Below are positions 51,775 through 61,115 of a stretch of 64,000 bases of DNA, piece after piece (the first letter of the stretch is position 1; the number at the start of each line of letters is the position of its first letter). The DNA lies in assembly GCA_041476145.1 (NCBI GenBank), contig JBGOSW010000001.1:572-64571 (forward strand), in the 5' to 3' direction. Source of the DNA: Candidatus Binatia bacterium. Lineage in GTDB: Bacteria; Desulfobacterota; Binatia; UTPRO1. Under the pieces are notes generated by a model. It was not told where the DNA came from. It was given only the letters and a program-made list of their open reading frames with translations, and searched no databases. The position numbers and the translations under genes were made by a program.

Positions 51775-54015
51775 ATGACGCATTTTCGTACCTGCCCCCT
51801 CTGCGAAGCCACCTGCGGCCTCGCGATCAGCACGCGTGGGCGCGAGGTCACGGGCATCCGTGGCGACGCCGACGACGTCTTCAGCCATGGCTTTCTCTGC
51901 CCCAAGGCCTACGCCCTGAAGGATCTCGACACCGATCCCGATCGCTTGCGGACGCCGCTCGTGCGGCGCGGCGGAAAGCTCGAGCCCGCCGGCTGGGACG
52001 AGGCCTTCGCCGAGGTCGAGCGCGGCCTCACCGCGGTGACGGCGGCGCACGGCCGCCAAGCGATCGGCGCCTACCTGGGGAACCCGAACGCGCACAACCT
52101 CTCCGGCATGCTCTACGTCCCGGTGCTGCTCCGCGCCCTCGGCACCCGCAACGTCTTCTCCGCGAGCACCGTCGACCAGATGCCGAAGCAGGTGTCCGCG
52201 GGCTTGATGTTCGGGACGATCCTCAGCATTCCGGTGCCCGACATCGACCGCACCGACTACCTCCTGATGCTGGGGGCGAATCCACTGGCGTCGAACGGCA
52301 GCCTGCTCACCGCACCGGACATGAAAGGACGGCTGCGCCGGCTGCGCGAACGCGGCGGGCGGCTCGTCGTCGTCGATCCGCGGCGCAGCCGAACCGCGGA
52401 CGAGGCCGATGAGCACGTGTTCATCCGTCCCGGCACCGATGCTCACCTGCTGTTCGCCATGGTGCACACGCTCTTCGAGAACGGCCTCACGGCCCCCGGA
52501 CGGCTCGCGCCGCACCTCGCGGGTATCGACGACGTCCGCACCTTGGCGCGGGACTTCGCGCCGGAGCGCGTCGCCGACGTCTGCGGCGTCTCCGCCGCCA
52601 CCATTCGCCGCTTGGCGCGCGAGCTCGCGGCGGCGCCGCGCGCCGCCGTCTACGGCCGCATCGGTACCTGCACGCAGGAGTTCGGCACGCTCGCGAGCTG
52701 GCTCATCGACGTCCTGAATGCGCTCACCGGCAATCTCGATCGTGAGGGCGGCGCGATGTTCACCAAGGCGGCCGCGGGCTCGCGCACCGCGCACGGCCCC
52801 GGCGGACGCGGACGCGGCGTGCAGTTCGGACGCTGGCGGAGCCGCGTCCGCGGGTTGCCCGAGGTGTACGGCGAGCTTCCCGCCGTCTGCCTCGCCGAGG
52901 AGATCGAGACGCCGGGTGACGGTCAGATCCGCGCCCTCGTCACCGTCGCCGGCAATCCCGCCCTCAGCACCCCGAACGGCGCCCGCCTCGCCGACGCTCT
53001 CGCCGCGCTCGAGTTCATGGTGAGCGTCGACATCTACGTGAACGAGACGACGCGGCATGCGCACGTCGTCCTCCCCCCGCCGTCGACGCTCACGAACTGC
53101 CACTACGATCTCGCGCTCTACAATCTCGCCATCCGCAACGTCGCCCACTACTCGCCGCCGCTCTTTCCGCTCGGCGATGGTGAGCTCGAAGAGTGGCGCA
53201 TTCTCCTCCGTCTCACCGCCATCGCCGGCGGCCAGGGCTCTCGGGCGGACGCCGACGCGCTCGACGACTTCGTCATCGCGCAGCTGGTGCACCGCGAGGT
53301 CGCGGCGAGCGGCTCCCCGCTCGCCGGCCGCGATCCGGAGACGATCCTGGCGGCGCTCGCGTCGCGCCGCGGACCGGCGCGCATTCTCGATCTCCTCCTG
53401 CGGAGCGGACCGTACGGCGATCACTTCGGCGCCAACCCGTCGGGTCTCAGCATCGCCCTCCTCGAGGACCATCCGCACGGCGTCGACCTCGGCGCGCTCG
53501 CGCCGCGCATCCCCGAGGTGTTGCGGACGCCGTCGGGCAAGATCGAGCTCGCGCCGCCGTCCGTCGTCGCCGACGTCGCCCGCCTGCGGGCGACGCTGGT
53601 GCGCGCCAACGGTCACATGGTCCTCGTCGGTCGCCGGCACCTGCGCTCGAACAACTCGTGGATGCACAATCTCGACGTGCTGGTGAAGGGAAGGCCGACC
53701 TGCACCTTGCAGCTCCACCCCACCGATGCCCTGCGTCTCGGTCTCGCCGACGGCGAGACCGCGCGTGTCGCCTCACGGGTCGGCACCGTCGACGCGCCGG
53801 TCGAGCTCACTGAGGCGATCATGCCCGGCGTCGTGAGTCTACCGCACGGCTGGGGCCACGATCAGCCCGGCGTCGCGATGCGCGTCGCGCGCACGCACGC
53901 CGGCGTCAACAGCAACCTTCTCGCCGACGAGACCGCCTTCGACCCCCTCTCCGGTAACGCCGTCTTGAACGGCATCCCGGTCACGATCACGCGTCCAGCC
54001 GGTCGGGAGGGCTGA
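51775..54015 (+). CDS. molybdopterin-dependent oxidoreductase (DMSO reductase superfamily)
   Basis: This is the internal ATG (MTHFRTCPLCEATCGLAIS) of track ORF 50890..54015. An N-terminal Cys cluster for a 4Fe-4S centre is followed by a large MopB catalytic region and a C-terminal beta-barrel (VELTEAIMPGVVSLPHGWGH). Confidence 0.85.
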   Translation: MTHFRTCPLCEATCGLAISTRGREVTGIRGDADDVFSHGFLCPKAYALKDLDTDPDRLRTPLVRRGGKLEPAGWDEAFAEVERGLTAVTAAHGRQAIGAYLGNPNAHNLSGMLYVPVLLRALGTRNVFSASTVDQMPKQVSAGLMFGTILSIPVPDIDRTDYLLMLGANPLASNGSLLTAPDMKGRLRRLRERGGRLVVVDPRRSRTADEADEHVFIRPGTDAHLLFAMVHTLFENGLTAPGRLAPHLAGIDDVRTLARDFAPERVADVCGVSAATIRRLARELAAAPRAAVYGRIGTCTQEFGTLASWLIDVLNALTGNLDREGGAMFTKAAAGSRTAHGPGGRGRGVQFGRWRSRVRGLPEVYGELPAVCLAEEIETPGDGQIRALVTVAGNPALSTPNGARLADALAALEFMVSVDIYVNETTRHAHVVLPPPSTLTNCHYDLALYNLAIRNVAHYSPPLFPLGDGELEEWRILLRLTAIAGGQGSRADADALDDFVIAQLVHREVAASGSPLAGRDPETILAALASRRGPARILDLLLRSGPYGDHFGANPSGLSIALLEDHPHGVDLGALAPRIPEVLRTPSGKIELAPPSVVADVARLRATLVRANGHMVLVGRRHLRSNNSWMHNLDVLVKGRPTCTLQLHPTDALRLGLADGETARVASRVGTVDAPVELTEAIMPGVVSLPHGWGHDQPGVAMRVARTHAGVNSNLLADETAFDPLSGNAVLNGIPVTITRPAGREG

Positions 54016-54019
54016 CCCG

Positions 54020-55099
54020 GTGTCGACGACTCCCCCAAACGGGGGCATGTCCGACCGTGGCCGCGTGATCACGGACGCGTCGCCGCTCGGCGACGCGGCG
54101 GACGCGCCGAGCCTCTTCGACACCTGGCGGAAGATCATCGCCACCGGCAACATCCCCGTACGCCGGCGCATGGACGTCGTCTCGCGCTGGCTGCTCATCA
54201 CCCGCGCGTGCGTCTTTTCGATGACGCTCACCTCGGGGCTGATCGGCGGCCTCCTCGCGGCGGCGACCGCCACGCACCCGCGGTGGGATTATTTCGCGCT
54301 CGCCCTCCTCGGCTTGATCATCGCCCATGCCAGCAACAACATGATCAACGACTACTTCGACACCACAGGCGGCGTCGACACCGAAGACTACACGCGCGCG
54401 CTCTATGCGCCGCACCCGCTGCTCTCGGGCCTCATCAGCAAGAACGGGCTGCGCGCAACGATCGTCGCCTGCAACCTCGTCGATCTGGCCATCGGCGTCG
54501 TCCTCTTGCGGGCGCGTGGCTGGCCGATCGCGGCGTTCGCGCTGGCCGGCCTCTTCGTGAGCGTCTTCTACGTCGCGCCGCCGCTCAAGCTGAAGCACCA
54601 CGGTCTCGGCGAGCCCGGCGTGTTCCTGGTGTGGGGACCCCTGATGATCTGCGGCACCTACTACGTCACCGCCGGGACGGTGCCGTGGTGGACGTGGGTG
54701 GCGTCGGTTCCGTACGCGATCGTCGTGACGACGGTGCTGATCGGCAAGCACATCGACAAGTTCGAACAGGACGGGGCGCGCGGCATCCACACGCTGCCGG
54801 TACTCCTCGGCCGAACCCCGTCGCTACGACTGAACCAAGCGTTGATGATCGGGTTCTACGTGACGGTCTTCGCGCTGGCGCTGAGCGGCCTCGTCGGTTG
54901 GGGCGTCCTCCTCGTCGTCGCGGCGCTTCCCCGCCTCGTCGAGGTGCTGCAGGCGTACTCGCGGCCGAAGCCCGACGCACCGCCCCCGGGCTACCGCATC
55001 TGGCCGCTCTGGTTCGTCGCCCTCGCCTTCCACCACAACCGCCTCGCCGGCGGCCTCTTCGTCCTCGGCCTCGCGGTCAACGCGATTTTCGGTCTCTGA
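54020..55099 (+). CDS. UbiA-superfamily prenyltransferase (MenA-like)
   Basis: The 359-aa polytopic product has the first Asp-rich motif NNMINDYFDTTGGVD. The start lies 4 nt after the oxidoreductase stop. Confidence 0.8.
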   Translation: MSTTPPNGGMSDRGRVITDASPLGDAADAPSLFDTWRKIIATGNIPVRRRMDVVSRWLLITRACVFSMTLTSGLIGGLLAAATATHPRWDYFALALLGLIIAHASNNMINDYFDTTGGVDTEDYTRALYAPHPLLSGLISKNGLRATIVACNLVDLAIGVVLLRARGWPIAAFALAGLFVSVFYVAPPLKLKHHGLGEPGVFLVWGPLMICGTYYVTAGTVPWWTWVASVPYAIVVTTVLIGKHIDKFEQDGARGIHTLPVLLGRTPSLRLNQALMIGFYVTVFALALSGLVGWGVLLVVAALPRLVEVLQAYSRPKPDAPPPGYRIWPLWFVALAFHHNRLAGGLFVLGLAVNAIFGL

Positions 55100-55121
55100 C
55101 CGTCGCACCGGACGTGGCCGA

Positions 55122-55475
55122 ATGGCCCGCGCCTCGACGACACCCGCGCCCGGCACACCCGCGCGCGGGTCGCGCAGCGGTCGCCCGATCATGGCGTTGC
55201 TCGATCTCCTCGGACGGCGCTGGGCGCTGCGTGTCCTGTGGGAACTTCGCAGCGAGGCGCTGACGTTTCGCGCGCTCCGCGCCCGCTGTGACGCGATGTC
55301 GCCGAGCGTCCTCAACCAGCGCCTCGTCGAACTGCGGGATGCCGGCATCGTCGAGCTCGAGCGCGACGCGGGGTATCGGCTGAGTCGCGAGGGCGGCGCG
55401 CTGTTGCACGCGCTCGCGCCGCTTCAGGGATGGGCGACGCGGTGGGGGCGACGCAGCGCCCGCTCCGCACGTTGA
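55122..55475 (+). CDS. HxlR-family winged-helix transcriptional regulator
   Basis: LLDLLGRRWALRVLWELRSEALTFRALRARCDAMSPSVLNQRLVELRDAGIVE is typical of HxlR. The start could instead be the internal ATG (MALLDLLG). Confidence 0.8.
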   Translation: MARASTTPAPGTPARGSRSGRPIMALLDLLGRRWALRVLWELRSEALTFRALRARCDAMSPSVLNQRLVELRDAGIVELERDAGYRLSREGGALLHALAPLQGWATRWGRRSARSAR

Positions 55476-55512
55476 CTCGAGCGCGCGCAGGCGCGACGCT
55501 GCACGCCGAGCC

Positions 55513-55950
55513 GTGAGCACCGTCCTCGCCGAGCGATTCTCGCCGTTGCCCCCGGAGCGCGCGGCGCTGTGGCGCGACTTCGGGAAGAGCGCGGCGCTCT
55601 TTCCCGCCCTCGTCGGGCTCGTCATCGAGGAAGTCCGCCTCGACTACGCGCGCATGCGCCTTCCCTTCCGGCCGGAGCTCAATCAGCCCGCGGGTGTCGT
55701 CCACGGCGGCGCGATCGCGACGCTCATCGACACCGTCGTCGTGCCGGCGATCGGCAGCGCCTGGGACGAGCGCCGACCGCTGCTCACGATCTCGATGCAG
55801 ATCAACTACCTGAATGCGGTCGCCGGCGAGGACGCGATCGCCGAGGGGTGGGTCGAGCGGCGCGGCCGGTCACTGGTGTTCTGCCGCGTCGAGGTGCGGA
55901 CCGCGCGCGACGCGTTGGCGACATCGGCGAGCGTCGTCTACAAGATCTGA
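55513..55950 (+). CDS. PaaI-family hot-dog thioesterase
   Basis: The 145-aa product has NQPAGVVHGGAIATLIDTV and a C-terminal GRSLVFCRVEV strand pattern. Confidence 0.85.
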   Translation: MSTVLAERFSPLPPERAALWRDFGKSAALFPALVGLVIEEVRLDYARMRLPFRPELNQPAGVVHGGAIATLIDTVVVPAIGSAWDERRPLLTISMQINYLNAVAGEDAIAEGWVERRGRSLVFCRVEVRTARDALATSASVVYKI

Positions 55951-55951
55951 C

Positions 55952-56725
55952 GTGAGCCTCGCGCGCATTCGCATCGTTCTCGTCCGACCGCAACACCCGG
56001 GCAACGTCGGCGCCACCGCGCGCGCGATGAAAAACACCGGACTCGCCGACCTCGTCCTCGTCGCTCCGACACCGCTCGACGTCGCCGCCGCCGCCACCAT
56101 GGCCGTCCATGCGCGCGACGTGCTGGCGCGACACCGGCGCGTCGCGACGCTCGCCGAGGGGATCGGCGACTGCGGGCTGGTGGTCGCGACCAGCGGCCGC
56201 GTCGCCGGTGACACCGGGGGCGTGTCGCCGCGCGCGCTGGCGCCGACGATTCTCGCGGCGAGTGCCGCCAACGACGTCGCACTGGTGTTCGGTCCCGAGG
56301 ATCACGGCCTTTCGAACGACGAGTTGATGCGCTGTCAGCACGTGATCACGATTCCGACGGCGGGAGCGTACGCGTCGCTGAACCTCGCGCAGGCGGTCCT
56401 CATCTGCGGCTACGAGCTGCGCCTCGCGGCGGCGGCCGACGCGCTTCCCGACGCGCGCGGCGCACTCGCGCCCGCGGCGCTCGGGGAGCAGATGTACGCC
56501 GCGCTCGAGCGCGCGCTGCACGCGATCGGTTTCTTGCATCGCGACAACGGTGCGCACATGATGCGCGCCTTTCGGCGCCTGCTCGGCCGCGCCGCGCTCG
56601 ACGTCTACGAGACCCGTGTTCTCCTCGGCCTCGCCCGGCAGATCTCTTGGATCGCCGGGCGGGCGGGCAAACGCGAGCGCGACGCCGACGCGCCGTTGAC
56701 CACGGACACGCATCCGGGATCATAG
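55952..56725 (+). CDS. trmJ: SpoU/TrmJ-class RNA 2'-O-methyltransferase
   Basis: This is an internal GTG at 55952 of track ORF 55814..56725, 1 nt after the PaaI stop. Motifs are VRPQHPGNVGATARAMKN, LVFGPEDHGLSN and IPTAGAYASLNLAQAV. Confidence 0.85.
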   Translation: MSLARIRIVLVRPQHPGNVGATARAMKNTGLADLVLVAPTPLDVAAAATMAVHARDVLARHRRVATLAEGIGDCGLVVATSGRVAGDTGGVSPRALAPTILAASAANDVALVFGPEDHGLSNDELMRCQHVITIPTAGAYASLNLAQAVLICGYELRLAAAADALPDARGALAPAALGEQMYAALERALHAIGFLHRDNGAHMMRAFRRLLGRAALDVYETRVLLGLARQISWIAGRAGKRERDADAPLTTDTHPGS

Positions 56726-56756
56726 GCGCTGCACCATCGGAAGGAGAATCCGTGAC

Positions 56757-57044
56757 ATGACGACCCCCACGTTCGCCGCCCTCGTGCTCCTCGTCGCCAT
56801 CAGCGTCACCGGGTGTGCGCCTCGGCATCGATACTACGATCCGTACGGCCACCGCACCGAGCACAGGATGACCGACCATGACGCGTGGGAGATCGTGCGA
56901 CGTGACCCGTGCCGTTACGAGGAGTACCGGCGCTTCGCGGAGAATCACAAGAATCCCGAGAAGCGCCGCGAGGTCGTCTGGCGTCTGGCGCACGAGGGCT
57001 GCAAACGCGAGCGCGCTTACGACTACCAGTACGACGATCGCTGA
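56757..57044 (+). CDS. 95-aa hypothetical lipoprotein
   Basis: The product has a signal plus lipobox (LLVAISVTGCAP). The mature part is highly charged and Tyr/His/Arg-rich, with two further Cys. A GGAAGGAGAA Shine-Dalgarno lies upstream. Confidence 0.55.
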   Translation: MTTPTFAALVLLVAISVTGCAPRHRYYDPYGHRTEHRMTDHDAWEIVRRDPCRYEEYRRFAENHKNPEKRREVVWRLAHEGCKRERAYDYQYDDR

Positions 57045-57074
57045 GCCGGCGGGGCCTCACCCGGCGCACCCCGC

Positions 57075-58028
57075 GTGAGCCGCGCCGAGGAGCGTGCCGG
57101 GCTCGTCTTCGCCGGCCTCTGCGCCGCGAACGGTGCGTTCGTCCCGGCCGTCGCCAAGCTCACGACCGACCGCGCCGACCCCCTGTTCGTAGCCGCGGCG
57201 ACGACGTTCTGCGCCGGCGCCACCGCGCTCGTCGTGTTGGCCGTGCGCCGCGAGTTCGCGCTGCTCGTGCACCCGCGCATCGGGCCGCGGCTCCTTGCCG
57301 TCGGCGCGCTCGGCACCGGCGCGGCGTTCTGGTTCTTCTTTCAGGGCGCTCGCCGCGCCAGCGCCATCGAGACCGTGCTGTGTCTACAGATCGAGCCGGC
57401 GTACTCCCTCGCCGCCGCCTGGATCGTGCTCGGAGAGCGGCCGACCGCCCGACGTCTCGGCGCGATCGCGTTACTCCTCGTGGGAATCGCGCTCGCGCTC
57501 GGCGTCGGCGGCGCGGTGGCACCCGCGGGCGTCTGGCTGCTGCTGGCGACGCCGCTCTGCTGGCAGCTCTCGCACCTGATCGTCTTGCGCGCGCTGCGCG
57601 GCGTGCCGCCCGCGGTTCTCACCGGTGCGCGCTACGTGTACGGCGGAGCGGTTCTCGGTCTCGCCTGGGCGCTCGGCGGCGCGACCATCGGCCTCGTCCC
57701 GGGCGGTTCGCTCCCCGCGCTCCTGCCCGCGCTCGTCGTCCAGGGGGTCGTCCTGAGCTACGTCGGCACGATCATGTGGTACGAGGCGATCGCCCGCCTC
57801 GACCTCGCGCGCACCACGGCGATCGTCGTCCCGTCGATTCCGCTCCTGTCACTGGTCGCGACCTTCGTGCTCCTCGGCGAGCGGCCAACGCTACCGCAGA
57901 GCTTCGGCGTGATGCTCACCGCCATCGGCGTACTCGGCTTCGTCACCGCACCGCACGCGATCGCGACGCGCACGCGGGCGCAAACGAACTCACGGGAGAA
58001 GGCATGCAGTCCCGTCCTGAGACGATGA
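57075..58028 (+). CDS. EamA/DMT-family transporter
   Basis: The 317-aa product has about 10 TM helices in two EamA-like halves. The start is a GTG. Confidence 0.8.
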   Translation: MSRAEERAGLVFAGLCAANGAFVPAVAKLTTDRADPLFVAAATTFCAGATALVVLAVRREFALLVHPRIGPRLLAVGALGTGAAFWFFFQGARRASAIETVLCLQIEPAYSLAAAWIVLGERPTARRLGAIALLLVGIALALGVGGAVAPAGVWLLLATPLCWQLSHLIVLRALRGVPPAVLTGARYVYGGAVLGLAWALGGATIGLVPGGSLPALLPALVVQGVVLSYVGTIMWYEAIARLDLARTTAIVVPSIPLLSLVATFVLLGERPTLPQSFGVMLTAIGVLGFVTAPHAIATRTRAQTNSREKACSPVLRR

Positions 58029-58876
58029 GCGACGCGCCCGCGGCGCCGCGCCGCCTCGCCGTCGTCGGCCACGTCGAGCACGTCACGCTCGGCGCCGTAC
58101 CCGAGCTCCCGAAGCCCGGCGACATCGTGCACCTCGACGCACCGGTGAGGTTCCCGGGCGGCGGCGGCGGCATCACCTTCTTCCAGCTCCTCCGCGGTCC
58201 CGCCGAGGTCCACCTCTTCACCGCGGTCGGCGACGACGACGCCGGCGCGGCCGTCGCCGCGCGCCTGGCGACGACACGAGCCGTCCTCCACGCCGCCCGC
58301 CGCGACACGCCGCACACCCGCGACCTCGTCCTCGTCACGCCTGGCGGCGAACGCACGATCGTCGTCATCGGCACGCCCCTGCAAGCGCGCATCGACGACC
58401 CGCTGCCGTGGGACGTCTTCGCAGGCTGCGACGCGGTCTACTTCACCGGCCAGGATGCCGACGTGCTGCGCGCCGCGCGCGCCGCGCGCGTCCTCGTCGT
58501 CAGCGCACGCCGGCGCCCGGTGCTGGTGCGCTCGGGGGTGCGCGCCGACGTCGTCGTCGGCAGCGCGCACGACCCCCTCGAGACGAGCGCGCGGGCCGAC
58601 TATCCCGTTCCGCCGGGCGCGGTCGTCATGACCGAAGGCGGCGCCGGGGGACGCATCGAGACGGCGGACGGCGTCGCGCGCTATCCCGCAGCGCCGCCGC
58701 CGGCGGCGCGGGTGGCGAGCTACGGCGCGGGCGACAGTTTCGCCGGCGCGCTCACGTGGTATCTCGCGTGCGGGCTGCCGCTCGCGGACGCGTGCGGGCG
58801 CGCGGCGGTCCACGGCGCGGCGGTGCTCGCCGGGCCGAATCCGCTCGAGATGCAGCTGGCGCTCGCCGTGCCGTAG
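58025..58876 (+). CDS. PfkB-family carbohydrate/nucleoside kinase
   Basis: This is the internal ATG at 58025 of track ORF 56909..58876, in an ATGA overlap with the EamA stop. The C-terminal motif is SYGAGDSFAGAL. Confidence 0.78.
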   Translation: MSDAPAAPRRLAVVGHVEHVTLGAVPELPKPGDIVHLDAPVRFPGGGGGITFFQLLRGPAEVHLFTAVGDDDAGAAVAARLATTRAVLHAARRDTPHTRDLVLVTPGGERTIVVIGTPLQARIDDPLPWDVFAGCDAVYFTGQDADVLRAARAARVLVVSARRRPVLVRSGVRADVVVGSAHDPLETSARADYPVPPGAVVMTEGGAGGRIETADGVARYPAAPPPAARVASYGAGDSFAGALTWYLACGLPLADACGRAAVHGAAVLAGPNPLEMQLALAVP

Positions 58877-58880
58877 GGCG

Positions 58881-58913
58881 GCGTGGGCGGGCGCGGTACG
58901 TGCCCGCCCACGC
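58881..58913 (+). terminator. GC-rich hairpin immediately after the PfkB-family kinase gene
   Basis: GCGTGGGCGGGC (58881-58892) pairs perfectly with GCCCGCCCACGC (58902-58913) around a 9-nt loop. There is no U-tract, so function as an intrinsic terminator is inferred only. Confidence 0.5.
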
Positions 58914-59099
58914 GGTTCGCGCCGCGCGACCGCCCCGCCGCTCATCCTGCTGCTCCGGCGTACACCGTTCTCGCCGCCTGCGGCGGCGTCGCCGCTGCCC
59001 GCGACCCAAGCGTCGCGAAGGTACGTCACGCCTACGCCAACGATGACGACGTGCGGGAACGCCGGTGGCGCCGTGCCGACGCCGACGGCGACACGGCGT

Positions 59100-59255
59100 C
59101 GGCGTGCGTGGGGAGCGCGGGGACGGCGTGGGCGCGCGCGTTGGGCCGTGCGTGCTTCGAGTGCGCTGCGCCGTACGGAAGGATCCACGCAATGTGGCGT
59201 CCCGCCAGGTCCGCTGCGCGCGCCCACGCCGTCCCCGCGCTCCCCACGCACGCCG
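59100..59255. repeat. perfect 40-bp inverted repeat with 76-nt spacer in a convergent intergenic region
   Basis: The left arm at 59100-59139 (CGGCGTGCGTGGGGAGCGCGGGGACGGCGTGGGCGCGCGC) is the exact reverse complement of 59216-59255. I checked this base by base. Confidence 0.9.
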
Positions 59256-59304
59256 CCGCTCTTCGTCTTTCGGAGTCAGCCGCGCCGAGCGGCGACGACG
59301 CCGT

Positions 59305-60987
59305 TCAGCGCGGCCGGGTGATTGCACCCTCGGCCGCCGACGAGACGAGCGCCGCGTACTTCGCCATCACGCCGCTGGTGTACCGCGGCGCCGGCGGGCG
59401 CCACTTCGCGAGGCGCGCTTTGAGGACGGCGTCGGACACCTCGACGTCGAGCCGGCGCGCGTCGACGTCGAAACTGATGATGTCACCCTCCTCGATCGCG
59501 GCGATCGGGCCGCCGACCGCCGCTTCGGGGGCGACGTGACCGGCCATGAGGCCGCGGGTCGCGCCGCTGAAGCGGCCGTCGGTGAGGAGCGCGACCTGCT
59601 CACCGAGTCCGGAGCCGGCGAGCGCCGCGGTGACGCCGAGCATCTCACGCATGCCGGGACCGCCGCGCGGGCCCTCGTAGCGGATGACGAGGACGTCGCC
59701 GGCGCGGATCGTGCCGTGGGTCGCCGCGGCCATCGCATCCTCCTCGCGCTCGAAGACGCGCGCCGGTCCGCGGTGCGCGAGGCGCTCGTGACCCGCCACC
59801 TTCACGACGCAGCCCTCGGGCGCGAGGTTCCCCTTGAGGATGACGAGGCCGCCCGAGGCCTTGAGCGGCTTCGCGAGCGCATGCACCACCACTTGATTCG
59901 GAGTCTCGCGCACGCGGGCCACCTCCTCCGCGAACGTTCGCCCGCTCACCGTGAACGCGGTGCCGTCGACGAGGCCGGCGGCGAGGAGCCGCTGCGCCAC
60001 CACGCCGCTCCCGCCGGCGCGCCCGAGGTCGACGGCAGTGTACTTCCCGCCCGGTTTCAAATCCGCGAGCAGCGGCGTGCGCCGACTCACGCGATCGAAG
60101 TCGTCGATGGTGAGCGGCACGTCGATCTCGCGCGCGAGCGCGAGCAGGTGCAGCACGGCGTTCGTCGAGCCGCCGCTCGCGGCGACGCCGGCAATCGCGT
60201 TTTCGAAGGCGGCGCGGGTGGTGATCGCACGCGGCGTCACGCCGCGCCGCAGGAGGTCGAGGACGAGCGCGCCGCACTCGGCGCCGACGCGCTCCTTCGC
60301 CGGGTCGGTCGCGGCGACGCTCGCGGTGCCCAGCGGCGAGAGGCCGAGAAATTCGAGCGCCATCGCCATCGTGTTGGCGGTGAATTGGCCGCCGCAGGCG
60401 CCGGCCCCCGGGCAGACGTGGTCCTCGAGGTCCTTGAGGTCCGCGTCCGTCATCTTCCCGGCGGCGTTGGCGCCGACGGCCTCGAAGAGATCCTGGATGG
60501 TGACGTCGTGCCCTTGGAAACGCCCCGGCTGAATGGAGCCGCCGTAGAGGACGAGCCCGGGCACGTCGAGGCGCAGCAGCGCCATCGCGCCCGCGGGGAT
60601 CGTCTTGTCGCAGCCGACCAGCACGATGACGGCGTCGAACATGTGACCGCGGCCCATGAGCTCGATCGAGTCGGCGATGACCTCGCGGCTGACGAGCGAG
60701 GTCTTCATGCCCTCGGTTCCCATGGTGATGCCGTCGCTGATCGCGATGGTGTTGAACTCCATCGGCGTCCCGCCGGCGTCGCGCACGCCGCGCTTCACGT
60801 GCTCGGCGAGCCCGCGCAGACCGAAGTTGCACGGCATCGTCTCCGTCCAGGTGTTGGCGATGCCGACGATCGGCCGCGCCAGATCGGCGTCGCCGAAGCC
60901 GATCGCCTTCAGGTACGAGCGCGCCGGGGCGCGGTCGCGGCCCTCGTAGAGCGTGCGGCTCTTGTGCCGCGGGTCGAACGTGGTCAT
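59305..60987 (-). CDS. ilvD: dihydroxy-acid dehydratase
   Basis: This is the internal ATG ([16 protein letters not shown]) of track ORF 59305..61053. [14 protein letters not shown] and the remainder of the protein are IlvD/Edd-family typical. Confidence 0.95.
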   Translation of the reverse strand: MTTFDPRHKSRTLYEGRDRAPARSYLKAIGFGDADLARPIVGIANTWTETMPCNFGLRGLAEHVKRGVRDAGGTPMEFNTIAISDGITMGTEGMKTSLVSREVIADSIELMGRGHMFDAVIVLVGCDKTIPAGAMALLRLDVPGLVLYGGSIQPGRFQGHDVTIQDLFEAVGANAAGKMTDADLKDLEDHVCPGAGACGGQFTANTMAMALEFLGLSPLGTASVAATDPAKERVGAECGALVLDLLRRGVTPRAITTRAAFENAIAGVAASGGSTNAVLHLLALAREIDVPLTIDDFDRVSRRTPLLADLKPGGKYTAVDLGRAGGSGVVAQRLLAAGLVDGTAFTVSGRTFAEEVARVRETPNQVVVHALAKPLKASGGLVILKGNLAPEGCVVKVAGHERLAHRGPARVFEREEDAMAAATHGTIRAGDVLVIRYEGPRGGPGMREMLGVTAALAGSGLGEQVALLTDGRFSGATRGLMAGHVAPEAAVGGPIAAIEEGDIISFDVDARRLDVEVSDAVLKARLAKWRPPAPRYTSGVMAKYAALVSSAAEGAITRPR

Positions 60988-61115
60988 GGGCGCGACTTTG
61001 ACGCGACCGGACGCGGCGCGCAAGCGGCCGACCCGCCGTTCCTCCCACCGCATTGACGCCCGCCGCGTCGGTTCGTTAGGAACTTCCGATCCGTTCGCGA
61101 GTCCAGGAGACGACG

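Noticed and set aside
58752-59539. ORFs 58883..59539(+), 58752..59327(-), 59032..59247(-) and 59043..59321(+) spanning the large intergenic gap.
   Set aside because: Their translations are Arg/Ala-rich. Parts are mirror images of each other because of the 40-bp inverted repeat. They have no Shine-Dalgarno sites or motifs, and they run into the antisense of ilvD.
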